Positions 1 to 13,600 of a stretch of 64,000 nucleotides of DNA are shown one piece after another. Position 1 is the stretch's first letter. Each line of letters begins with the position of its first letter. The notes beneath the pieces are model-generated. The model did no database searches. It had not been told where the DNA came from and saw only the letters and a list, made by a program, of their open reading frames with translations. The stretch lies in assembly GCA_040954595.2 (NCBI GenBank), contig CM082580.2:5322783-5386782 (forward strand). Reading direction: 5' to 3'. The translations under genes were made by a program, and so were the position numbers. The DNA comes from Balanoglossus misakiensis. Taxonomy: Eukaryota; Animalia; Hemichordata.

Positions 1-3000
1 CCATGAAGCTGGTCAAAACGGGTGAGTGCACTTTACGCCAGATCGGATATATATATACATGTACATGGATATCGTCTTCTGTGTTATTCATTTGAATTGC
101 GGGCAATCCCGGCTGCATTGACGTCGGAGTATGGCTATGTAGCTGCTCAGCGTGCCACTGCATTCTCCGCGGTTTGTTCATCCCGCTATGGGGAAAAAAT
201 TACAAGCCTATGTGCGTCAATATAGCTATTACATTGCTAATATCATATTGCAGTTGCTCCGTGTCACAGCTACAGCAAACGCGCGCGCTGACTATCGCCG
301 CGCCTGGCAGTGACGGACGCGACGCCGCCTTACGCGTCTGCAAATCGTGAGCGCTTGATCACGAAAATCACATTTTACTCCATGTGTGCAAACCACCCGT
401 TTTATGATTCAACAACGGGGCAATGCAAAATAGCGAACGACCTTGAGCATTGTTTGCATTTTAAACGGTTTTTCATTCGTCGTTTAGTCTTATACGAAGC
501 GCACGGTGATAATATTTCGTGACTGTACGTGCGCGCTCGTATATCTGCCTTTGTACTGTAGTATTTTCCCTCTAAGGACCCATTCATGATCGTCAGGATT
601 ATTCCGATAAAGGTCATGCTAATCTGGCATAACGTTCACGTAATATCGGGAGAGATGTCCGAAAATTCGTTGTCTTGTAGGGCCGGCCGGGCCTAGGGCT
701 TCTTCAACAGCTGTTTTGGATTGTGTGAAATTCTAAAGCACATGTTCTGAGGTTGTCACATAGGGGTCGTCGCTATAGTTCGTATTTTTGGCTGTTTTCT
801 GGAGAGAAAAAAGTCGACGTGTTAAAAGAGGCCCTGATAAAAGTCGAAAACGCCCGCATATTATAAGCGTCTGTAAAGCATCACGTTGAAGATAGGTTGT
901 CAAATATGAACGCTTGTTCTATTATTATTTTATTATTATTTTGAACGAAGCTCTGGTTGCGCGTGTTGTCCCTGTTTGAATTCCCTGAATGACAATCGCA
1001 TAGCAAGGGCGTAACTCCGTTTCGCCTTCTGTGCTTTCAGCTGAGCATTTTGAACTTGTTTTCACTGACGATTACGGTTTTTGACGTCATTGGCGTTGTT
1101 TTTTCCTCACACAGTCCCTCTATTACACCGTAAACCCGCTCTTTTACGACTCACGTTACTCGTGTCTACTCGGTAAGCTTTCACACTGGCCCCAATACCA
1201 GTGAAAACTAAAATTAGCAACGTACAATGGACTTAGTTATTTATACATGACAACTGAAATGCGCCGGCGGTGATGGGCTCGTGACTCGAACAAACGGCCG
1301 GGCCATTCTAAAAAAGTCGTGAGATTCTAGCATCATTATATCCTCTAAAATACTGCAGTTAACAGCGAAAGACTTCGTCCAAAAAATAGATCCTTGGAAC
1401 CGATTCTTGTGGTAAAAATTACCGCCTGGATGAGAGCCAGCCCGAGCAGACGACATGTTAAAATTGGAGCATGCGCAATGAGGGGATGGTAGAAGTGACA
1501 GTAATATCAAGCAGTAAGTTAACAGAAAAGAATGCACACCCAACATCTTAAACGTTTTGAGTTGCAGCGACTCGCTATTGTCCGCATCATTCTACCATCA
1601 ATTATTATATTGTTCCTTGCCCAGAAGTGAAACGCGTCGAATAATTATGCCAATTAACAATGAATGCCAATTGACAATGAATTCGCGCGCATATCGGGGA
1701 CCATCAGTCATCGCATTAGACCTACGTGTAATATGCAGTTTATTTAGACATCAGACTAAACACCCAGAAATAAAAATGAATGCCGTACGGTGATTTATAT
1801 GCTGATGATATAAAATAACGAAGTCAAATGCCCGCTCAGGGAGAAGATACAATATTGTCCGCCATTTCTAACCGAGTGTACATCAGCTGCTGCGACCATT
1901 GTGGTACATGACGTATTTATAAGAAGCGCGTTCAAATTGAAATCTTGTACCGTTTAATCAAAATGGGTTACTTATTTCAAACCATTAAGCTTCAGCATAC
2001 ATGTCAAAAACGATATGCGAGCGAGTTCAGTGTATGCACCGGGTAGTCAAAGAACCAGCGACAACCACCACCTGTTTCCTATACCGGGAGGTGTCGCTAC
2101 GTGGTCTGGCTGCAAGAAGACGACATCCCTGTGTCGGGGAAAGGAACCACCTTCCCCCTGTTCACTCTTAATTCGCGATACCGCAGATGGTCAGAGTTGA
2201 TCGCAAGTTGTACATCATTCGGCTCTCTGACAGACCCTAAGTGCACGATTTATGCACCGGCTCCATCTACAAACAACGCAATTCCGAGACCTGGTGCATG
2301 CCACGTGCAGGAACAGAGTGTAACACGTAATGCACACGAGGGTCTGTGACCGAAGTATAGTTTGCCCACCGATAGCACGCTGACATATTACTATTATACA
2401 ATCGATATGAACACATTGCAAATATTTTGCGCCGTTTTCTATATAATCGATAGTGAATTCACGAGCGACAATACATACATGTATGTGAACACTTGATGAC
2501 GATTCCTTCGTTCAAATAACTTCATAATCTTCACTGAAGCTGGCATCACTATACATATATGTGATGACTTGGGGGGGGGGGTAGAAACATACAGAAATGA
2601 ACAGACGAACAGACAGAGCAGAAAGATAGCGGATCCACCCTGTTATCAGGAAATTTGCATATATATTTCGCAGAGAGTGCATTGATGATCATATCTGCAA
2701 TTTCTGAGAAAATATACATATATGAATGCAGTGTGTCGCGTGTACGCGTTACATCTTCAGATCCATCCGTACAAAACACTAGGCTTATTTTCGCAGTGGC
2801 AATAATGTGGAACTTAAAACTAGACTTAAAAGTTAATCCGGTATTTTCTGTCACTAGAAATTACATGTACTACGTGCGGTAGCGCTATGAACTAGATTTG
2901 TCAATTCATACAGCTGCGAGTCAAGAACGGCAATTCTAAGTAAAAGCGCGCCACATTTCTAATATGACGCCCACGCCAGGCAGACTACAGATAAAGCTCG

Positions 3001-5001
3001 GTGCGCCATTGTGAAATTTATCAGATTCTGGTCTGATTACTAATTAGATGCACTGCACAATTGAGACGCGAGTCACGTGGTCCAGAATATCGGCTGACTT
3101 GCATGTCGTACTTTTTTGTGAATGCCACTGAAACCACACAGCCCGACGACAATCGATTTGTTTTTCAAGAAACAGCTGAAATGTGAGTGTTTTGTGGGAT
3201 TTTTTTAATGTTTTGAAATATAAGCCTCGCCCCGCTGTGACACCGACCTTCACGAAAGACGAAAACATTTCATTAATCAAATATACAATGTACATGTAAT
3301 AACGCATGAAAACAACCTGTAAAGTACTTGTGCCCTCCGAGCCGATATCTGATGTTTATCAGCGATATGATGAAATGTCCCTCCTGTCCCAGATTCGGGC
3401 CTCGGTTAATAGCCATGGCCAATGACAAATTTGGCCACCGTATATCATACGACTTAGATTATTTTATAACCATATATGGATATGTGTAGAGGTGATTGTA
3501 TACCTTTAATTGACGCTCGCGATGTTGGCTCGTGACGTCAGAATAACAATACGAGTAATTCTGAGCGTTGGGACATTGCCTGAAAGAGATAGCATGATTG
3601 TATTTGTACATCTATACTCTCGTGTCTGCTCTGTCTATCTTTCGAACTTCCGAAGGACCCGTTCGAGTTGTCAGGGGGATACTAAGCAATTGTCGTGTAA
3701 AAAGGGCACATTTTGTCATCACATACAGACACTATCAACAATCTAACTAGTAAAATAGAGAACAGATCGTAAACGCAACTGTTGATTTTGTAGGCTCGCG
3801 GGATGCCAGGTATTAAAGGGCCGACAGCTCATGTTGATTCAGAGCGCGGGAGATCAATGCAAATACGGTTTAAGTGTGTCGCCATCAAAACAGCCTCTAA
3901 CAGCAACTCGGATAATCAATAAGCTTGTTGCTGTTCCAAGAAAGGTCGTATATCGAGCACACGTGAGTTCAATTTCAAGGCACGCGATTTACTTTTGTAG
4001 TTCAAGCGTGTTTCCAGTGAACGTAGTCGTTTGTAAGTATATCACCCCCTCCAAAAGTGAAAGTCGAACAGACACTGTGAGTAGCTGCTGTGATGCAGAT
4101 CATGCTGGCTCTCGCGAAAACTTGAAATTATTCGCACCAAATTATTAGGCCTAATGCCCCGGATGTGCACAAGGTTGACTGTTAAGTCAATTTGATGGGT
4201 AAAGACATTCGATTAAAGACAGTAACAACATTCAGTATATCGTGACCCCTCTCAGCGTTGCTAGGCACGCCAGCACTGATCTCGGTGGTTGAGTCTCACA
4301 TGCCACGCGCCGGGGAACGTGTACTACACAACTTCAGCGCAGAGTGCGTTTAATTGTGGACATTCCCACCATCTGAGAGCTGACTGTGTCCGTTACTTGG
4401 TAACCTCTGATATTTCAGTGGCACTCACGAATGTTTTCGAAGAAAAGGCTCGTCAGGTCCTCCGGGGTCCCAGACGCAATCTCCTATCGCCAGAATGACT
4501 GTTCCCAAAATACGACCCGCTTTGGTAACGGGAATATCTAGCTTTTCTCCGCCATAGGGAAATGTTATTCCTATTTGAACAAGTGACTATACAGTGTGTG
4601 CACAGATGGCAATCCGTTACGGTGATCCCAGTAACTCTCGAAGCTGCGTTTAGTTGAATGAACGTGCAAACATGTTTTAGAGTATGAAAGTGCTCTTATT
4701 TGACGAGTTAGATGAATATGTGAACACGCATTCTGAACGACCATTCGGCGCTCAGACTTGATAGAAGCGCCATTTTTTAGTGTTCTTTCCGTGTCGACAA
4801 AATAATAAAATAATGGATGAGGTGTTTTGCTGATATTGTTGTTGAGTACGTGCTCCTCTAACACGAAATAAGCTGTTTCTTAAAGGCCCATCACGGTATG
4901 AGCTGGGACTCTCTGAAGTTTACTGACCTGAAAATCGCCAAACTTTCCCGCTTATTTTCTCTGATTTTTTCCCTATCCCTGGTTTCAAAAGCAACAACTT
5001 T

Positions 5002-5035
5002 ACAAGGTGTCCTTGACAACAAGGTGTCCTTGACA
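5002..5035. repeat. Perfect 17-bp tandem duplication
   Basis: acaaggtgtccttgaca twice. Confidence 0.85.
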
Positions 5036-7588
5036 AAAAGAACGCATAACTTAGCACACACATCAAAAAACAGACGTTTGATATGTTATTAAGGATATTT
5101 GATACTACAGAAATCCATTGAAAAACCTTTTGTAGCATTTACTAGGGCAATGTCCTTTTTTACAAGTGCAGCCTACTGCCGACTGAATATTACTTGGACA
5201 CGCGTTCCCCCAGTAAGTACATCGACACGAACTAATACTGGTTTGAAAGTAAAATCACGAAAAGGCCAAATGTTACACCTCATGGGCCTTTACTTAAATG
5301 ATATAACATTATTACGGCAATTGTTTATGACAATATCCCTTTAGTAAATCAGACTTTAACGACCTTGTCAGTATCGACTAAACTGCATGGAAAACATGTT
5401 GCAACATCAGAAACACCTTTGTGGATTTTTTGGTTTATTTCAAATTATTGTCTTAGACGAGTACAATTATGTCCATTAAAATTGAGCTGTTGTAATTATG
5501 TCAATAACAACGACTCCAACACGTTTTCGCACCTGAGACCTTGAGCTTGAGCGCCCACCCACGCACCTCCCGTGGATCGTGGAGGGACAGGCGGTACTAC
5601 ATGGAGTGCGGGTATTAACGACTATCATGGAAGCTGCACCGCACGAACGCATCGTTCCCGGCATTGAAGAAGCTTCGCCTAGGTGACTGTGACACCGTAT
5701 GTGAATATCTGTCACGTGACCCTAACCCCCGCAACGTGACCACAACAATGACCTTCCTTGACCCTTGAGAGTTTTGGAGGCAGCCACGAGCATGCACGTA
5801 TGTGGCAATGCTTGATGTGCCAGCTGGTTACACAACGGAAGCCCAGCCAGGTGTGAGGGTACCACGCCCTAAATGTGTCAGAAGTCACGGTCAGCGCGTC
5901 GACTAGCGATGCACACTTCATTTGCATCGTTTCAAATGAAAAAAAGTTCCGTTTCTCGTCCTACCAACAAGCTGTGTCGTTTGACTATGGGCCCACTGCA
6001 TCCATATATTCATCAGCGTTTTGGACCACTGGCCACCAGTACCGCTGATTACGTTTTAATTAAATCGAATTGTGCCGGACCTTCCCAGACTGGCAGTATA
6101 GTAAAACGGTTAAACAAATAAGATAAACTTATTTCTCTGAAGAATTCCAAACGTTCCCAACACAGACAGATAACCTGAAATTTATTGATCTCGTTCAGTT
6201 TTTATTATCAATAATTCAGTGCGTTTAACTGTTTGTCGTTCTGTCATCAAACTCTCCATTGTGCTGAAGTCCGAGCCACGTAAATGAAGGAAAGTAATTA
6301 GGCTAGTTCTATTTTTATCAGCAATATAGCGATACGAATTTAGCGCAATCATTCTTAAATTCTTAATGGATGTTTTATTTTCACCGTCTCACGTTTTTGA
6401 GACAGAAAATAGACATTTCTCGGGTAATATCAAGGAGGTATTATATTAAAAATCGTCTTCGGATCGGGGTCCAAACTAGGTATATTTCTTGAAAATACTA
6501 AGGGGGCCCAGCTACGAAAAGTGCAGCCGTCGTAGGTTGTCGTCATCGCCACCATCGCCCCGTGTTATCGTCGTAAACATCATCGCCATCGTTGTTATCG
6601 TCATGGTCGCAATCATCGTGTCATATTGTACAGTAAGATTCTTCTTCCCGCCTTTTCTGATATTTGCATGTCGTCCTTTCACGAAAGTGCGCATGCGCCA
6701 CTACTGTCACGACATAGTCGTGCGTACTCGTCTCATCTGCACCGTCTTTTAAGAACAGCGAGAAATCCTGATGTGTTTCATTGACTTTTACTGGTTCGTT
6801 TAATACCACCCCGGCTTGTTACATTTTGCGAATTCTGGTTGTTCTGCTAGTCAAGGTCCTGTCTAGTTAGGCCTACGGCATTGTTGGTTTAGAATTGTAG
6901 CCAGTCCCCAAAATGAACCATTGTATATAAATGTCGACCCTGACACTTGGGGAATACAGCGATACTCGGACTCACAACATCGAATGGGGCGAGTGGTTCA
7001 CATAGATTGAGATCTAGAACGATCAGAGCACCCGAAGGTGAATCTATTCGTGCAAAAGAGATTTGTAGCGACCAATACACCTTCCTTTCATCGCCATATG
7101 TTTTTTCGATACTCGATCACAGAAAAGCAAGCAATCCTAGATGGCAAGAGGCGGCCGTGATCTGGGTGTCTTTTGTTTTCATATCTCCGCCATCGGAAAT
7201 TAATATCAGCTCACTGAATGAAAATTAATAACGCCGAACTAAATACAAAATGATATTTTGTAGCAGCATACTTCGATCGTTTAGTCTTCCTTTTGTCGTG
7301 TGCGCAAGTACATGTGCTGTTTAATCGATGATCTATTGTAAATAAATTTGTCCCCCTTGTGCATGTCATAACGGAGAACGTGCGGGACATTGCATGAGAA
7401 ATCCTCAAATGTACGAATATAATAGCCAAGTGTGACACCAGTTGTTATTTCGCTTCTTGTTTTCTTTTGGTATTGGGGTCAAAACAAAACGTACATCGAG
7501 ACAATCATTAGAACCACGCCCCTCACTCATGGTTTAACACTTCAAGAGGTCGGCGTGATTGTCGCTCTCGTTCAACATTGACACAATT

Positions 7589-7678
7589 TTATTCTCAATT
7601 TTAAGTAAAAGTATCCTAAAGCAAAAAAAAATGGCAGAAAGTTGAAGACTTTGACTTTCGAGGCGCATCCCAACATAA
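7589..7678. mobile_element. Second, more degraded copy of the dispersed repeat at 37004-37101
   Basis: The same two sequence blocks in the same order with similar spacing. Confidence 0.5.
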
Positions 7679-10600
7679 GAAGATATGCCTATATTAATTT
7701 TTCACTTACATTCATTTACTAACCAGATCAACGGATAAACCCAAATACTGATACGGAAGGAAAATAAATGAAACATACATAAATTATTAAGTAATATACA
7801 AGACAGGTACATAAATAATACAGAAGAAATACAAATCCATACACATCAAATATGTGAACCATAACAATATCCGTATGATATGGAACCGGCTTAGAAGACA
7901 TGTTAACACAAGCGGGGTTTTTGCATAAAACATACGTGTCAATACACGTGCCAATACACTATAATTAGATTGAATATTCGTGAAGTTTAATGCGAAATAC
8001 ATGTATATACTAAACAAACTGCATTTGCAGGCGCCCAAACATGTGTGACGGGCCCTCTTTTGATGGGGTGACCGCACATCTGTGCCGTACTCAATATCTT
8101 ACTTTCTGTCAGTTTATTCTCCCGAGACGCCGTTAAAAATACAAGCGAGGTTTCATTATGGTATAGTAAAATGCCCGTTGCCATGGTGAGAATACAGCGA
8201 CGCGCACATTTCAAATGGGACAGTTATGATATTTGTACCTTTGTCACGCTCTGTTTATGGTTTAATTTCACTAAAATTACGATTAACACAGTTTATTACA
8301 CATATAACGTATTGCATTTTTGCCAATCTAGCGTTTACAGATGGGTTTCCATTTTGTTATATCTACAATAAATTTGAATTCTGACTTTCCGTATTTTCCG
8401 TTTTGTGTATCTACTGCAGGTTCTTGTTCAACCGTTCGAATCTCCGAAGCATGATGAAATGCCCAGGTTTAGCTTATCAACACAACGTGTATGTATGCAG
8501 TCAGAATTGTTATGGCGCAAAATGTGAATTAAAGTCCGGACTAGAATTCTCTTGTCAACAATGGCATTGTTCGTTAAACACTTACAGGCTATAATGTTGA
8601 CAAACGGAGTACTGGGTACATTGGTATGCTGTTTGGAGTAGAACAAGAAATTGCATTTGATACGCAGATACTAAAATTATAGACAGAAGATACAGCTAAT
8701 GCCCCTTAATAAAACGGGTCCAAATTTAAGCAGAGTCAAAATGCTAAAACCCAGCTTTTACGCTGTTTGTGAACAAAGTGTATGTTGACAAACCCGCAAC
8801 GAGCTACACGATCTAAATGGAAAACTGTCCCTTTGCGTGTTTTGTTAGTGAAAATATCAAAGGTTACGACTGTTGTCGTGTTATGCTAGTTCACTTGGGG
8901 CCTGTGAGAGCTTCAATTTCTTCGATTTCAGAACGAGTGGCCTAGATCTCGCGAGAGAAACCTAGATTGTAGCCATCCGTTCGTAAAACAATGTTACCCG
9001 GGTATCACGTGGGTTATTTGTACTCGGTTTAGTTTTGAACGGTTTTTCATTGCCCGGACAAAAAAGACTATGGAGACGATCACTGACTCCAAGGTACTCC
9101 GGCCCACCCCTCCTGTCAAAACTGAAAGGTCCCTAATTTACAAAACTTTTCTGTTTTGTCTATTCCAGTCCTTGCTCGTATTCATGTTTCTCCTAATAAC
9201 CTGTTTGGCCTGAGCACTCAGTAAACACCGTCAGTTCATCTCTCTGTTTCACCGTTGTCGCCCAGAGGCAAATGTTGGATTGTTCTCGTTTTTAATCGAG
9301 AGACGCGAAGCGGCGTCATGCTGCCGCTAACGAAAGCAATTGAGTGAACGGCGATGGCAGTAGCGTCGGAAATGTCTTTTAATTTAGGAGAGTTTCTGCC
9401 TCCCGTGTGGTCTGATAGGCGAAATGGCAAGTAACCAGAGTTGCAATTTACTTTTGGGTTGTTGTTAGTCAAATGTTGTAAGTGTATCAACGGATGTGAA
9501 GTGCGCACACACACACCACCTCGAAGTCGCCTTATCAGTGTGTTCGAGCGCCACGCGATCTCCTCTATAGTTTGATATACATTGAAGAAAAAATCATGGA
9601 CCCAGCCGATGATGGCGATGACATGACAAGGGGCGGGGAGTAGCCAAGGCTTCTGTTTGAACCATAGGATGTTATTAAGTTATGCACATGTACAACATTA
9701 CTTTAAAGAGACGCAAATCGAGACAAATCGATAACGAACTTTTGCGATTGCGCGTTGCTCACTTGAGGCCAACCCCATCTCATTTTCTTATAAGCGTTGC
9801 TTATCAATACACATGAAATTTAAGCAGCAATAATCACTTAAAGAGAGAAGTTGATACGTCCCTTTCAACAACACAGTTCTGATAAAGCACCGTGTACTCT
9901 TTAGGCGCATAGAACATTAATAAGTCCTAAAAACAAACACCATTTTCGAAAAACAGAAAACGGAACTATCGATTTATGATTTTAATATGGCATTTACATA
10001 ATCTCAATTGAGTATCCCTGCACACAAACAAGTACAGAGAATTCTATATTAGTTGTGTTTTTGTTTTTCCAAGCACAACCGGCTACCCTGTAATGGTATA
10101 GATTTCATAAGGTTTAATAGCAATACTGTATTCATTGTCACAGCTTCACAACGCTTTTCAGCGGGAGCTTGTTTGCGTGAAAGCGAAGCAAGCGGAGTCA
10201 TAACTGAAAAACAATCAATCGATAAGTTGTAATCGCGTGTGTTATCGTTAGGAATGCTGTAAGTTTGTTGCCTCCCGGGCACTCTCGTTGCTGGTGAGGT
10301 CACGGTGACCTTGAGGCTCATCTTTGAAGGTCAAATATCTCGTCAAAGTAGAATAAGTCGTTCAGTAATTTTTGGGGGGTTGTGTGTGTGTGTAAGAACA
10401 GCTAATCCGCAAAAGGATCTTCAAAGTTATTACTCAATAAATGTTAAAACATAGTTTTATCATTTCTCGCTCGACGGCTTCATTTCAGCCGAGAAGAGCG
10501 TTGCATGTCTCCAAAGACATAGCACAACCTCGACCCATAATGCTATATCTTACTGACTGTCGACTTTGATTCTCAGACGTTCCCCGAGAAGAAAGACACA

Positions 10601-13600
10601 CGCTTCCCGATGACGCGCATTTAAGCAAAAACCAAGTAAACCACGCCACAAGCAATCAATAGAAAGACTTCTGTTTTTTCTCCACTCAAATATTTATGCC
10701 ACTCTACAGACGTGGAAAATAGAGGAACCAAACCACCACCAGTATCAATACAGTATTTCTTATCATCCGTTTCAAGACGTTCGACACAAAAAAGAAAAGA
10801 TAAACGAAGAACCTTTTTTCTCTCGGGAGGATGTCGTTCTGTTTAAGCGACCTTGAATACCTACGATAGTAGTAGTTATAAATATTCATTTTTTAAAAAT
10901 AAATATTCATTTTTATAAAAATTTATTTTGTAAATTCCGAATATATGCATATGAGGTGAAGTCGCTTGTAGCTTGAAATTGACTTGTGTTCAATGGTAAG
11001 GTTAATGGAATCGTTGAGAAATAAACTCTCGTTAAATAAAAATATACGACACCACTGCCCCCCGTATAAGATATTCCCCTCGGGGTGATGTGAGTTTTCG
11101 CTGCGTTTCATGGATGCTTTTTCTAGGGTCGCTTGATTTACTACAAAGCAGGCTTGTCCAAATTGCAATACAATTCCCAACACGGGAAGGATTAAGACAA
11201 AGCCTAGCAGAAAAGCCATGATTTTGAAAGCCAAATAAGGAAATGATTACGTCGTGGGAGGTATTCTCTCCCCAGGGTTCAATTATTGACGTTTACCCTT
11301 GATCCTCGATTGCGGACTAGCTCTATCACTCATTGTCATCGGATGACGTAGACGTGACGTAACGACACAAAACGTTTTTTTCTCGAAGTTTCGTTGTTCA
11401 TATAGGCCTACGGTAGTTCAAGATTTGACGTCAAATCACGTCTGTATGTGGGATGACCTTGGCTGAGCAAGAATCAATTGCTGAGTAATGGGTTTTACGC
11501 ATTACGTCACAGTATGACGACTTACTGATATAAACGTATAGGGAAAATACGTCATGATATTAAAAAATGATGGTCCGTGCGTTCTGAAGATATATGCAGG
11601 ACGGACCTCGCATTTGCTGATGCCATAATGACTAGAAATGGTCCCTCTAACCACATGAGAATAGTCTTTTCAGTTTGACTTACGCGTCGTCTTTTAGTTC
11701 CATATGATCGATTTTAACCTGTAAGAAACGATCGCCGTTTTCCACATCTTCAGGACTTGCTCTGTGAATGACAGGAAATCGATAGTGACTTCATCGCGAC
11801 GTTGATGTCAAAATCCGCAGCGTTTTATGCAGATCAGTCTCTTCGACTCAACGAAGTAGTAAAGTCACGTGACGTCATCAATGACCGTCAGGTAGGCGCA
11901 CATATCCTGAGGAGAGACTGGCAACGCCCTCGGATATCCTCGGGATTTTCCGTGGAAGAATCTCTACAACGCAGATAGATTCTTGCAGATTCCTGCGTCA
12001 AAAGTTACACCCCTGAGATCAATTCATCATAATATAGTTTCTAACTCCCTCCCACTTATCTTTTTTTAAATCTCCTCACTAGATTCTGAATCTCTTTTTA
12101 GGCCTTCGAAATATTTGGCCCAGGATTGCGCGTTCCAATTCAACAGTTGAAAGAAAAATTCCGACGGAGATATATGACATCACAGCTGTCCATTTCAAAA
12201 CCAACCAACCAAAACAGTTGGCATAGTCACCTGTTGATTGACATGGACAACCGGAAATTGTCTCTGACCATACATATTCAAAGAGGTGCAACATTGGAAT
12301 ATGGAAAAATGAATTTTTCACAGGAATGCAATTGAACCACCAACTGATGATTGGTACCTAGTACTTAAAGAGAAAACGCCGCAAACTTTTGAGAGTATTA
12401 TTTATTTTTTTATGGTTCAGGATTATTTATATCGTTCTTCTCACTGAAATATGTCTAATCAACGCCTGTTACAACTGAACTCAAAACACACCCTGCATAT
12501 CACTTCATGATCAGTGCCATCTGGAGAAATAATTAAGAAAAACTGACATCTAGTTTGTTTTAACTATTCGAAAGTAAGTGAATGGCCGCTGAGGTCACCC
12601 TTGCCTGTAGAATTCCGCGCATTAGTGGCATTGATGTAAAACACTGGCGCAGAAAGAGAAATGATCTCAGAAAAATATTGTCAAATGGTGTCCAGCAGTG
12701 TTGTTGACCTACATGTAAACTATAATGCGTTGCGTCAGCAGAACTTGTTATTTACAGGACCGCGGTATTGTGAGATCATTTTGGGTCAGAGCCCTTAATC
12801 AGTCAGTCGACCCGGGTTGCCCTGCAGGTCGACTGTTATCGTTGACACGTTGACGCCGCGCCAACCGTGTTGACAAATGCACAAATGATACTCTGGCGGC
12901 CGCGAAAGCACGTGCCAGACGGGAGGTGTACCGCAGATTGACGCAACTTAGCTCCGTAGTGACCGCATTATTTTCGTTTTGCGGATCGAGCTAAGATCAT
13001 TTGACACGATTTGACAGCTGAACTATAAGTTGTCGTCTGCCTAGATGGCTGGCCGGTGGCGTCGTCCACTCTTACTATTCCATGTCGCCATATTGGTGCG
13101 AAAATTCATGCGCCAGATGGGCCCTTCCTTTAACTATGGACGATTTTCAGACCCGTTGGGACGACACTTCATTTCGCGAAACAGTACAACAGTGGAGAAC
13201 AGGGCGCTAAACTAAAAAAAAAACCTTGACATACTGAACGAAAACGTGTTATTTCGCCTTTAATGAACGTTTCCCACCAAAGCATCTCACTTATTCAGTA
13301 TAAAGAGGGCGGTAAACTTTCATAGCTTTATAAAAGGGCAAGAAAAACTGAAGCGACGCATGCATGCATCGTGAGTCGGTTCAGAATAACTTCGTGTTAT
13401 TATTCACTTAAACCATTCTGTTCAATAATCCCTTAAATCTAGAATCTGCATGACTGTTTTAATTTCGTATGACGAAAAATGTATACCCACCCATTCGCTT
13501 ACTCAGTTTGCTCGATTGTGTACTTTGGTCGACAGCCACTAAGCTACAATCAGACGCATTGTCTGCGAAGACAAAACTTTCCAAGAAAGGTTATTACATT

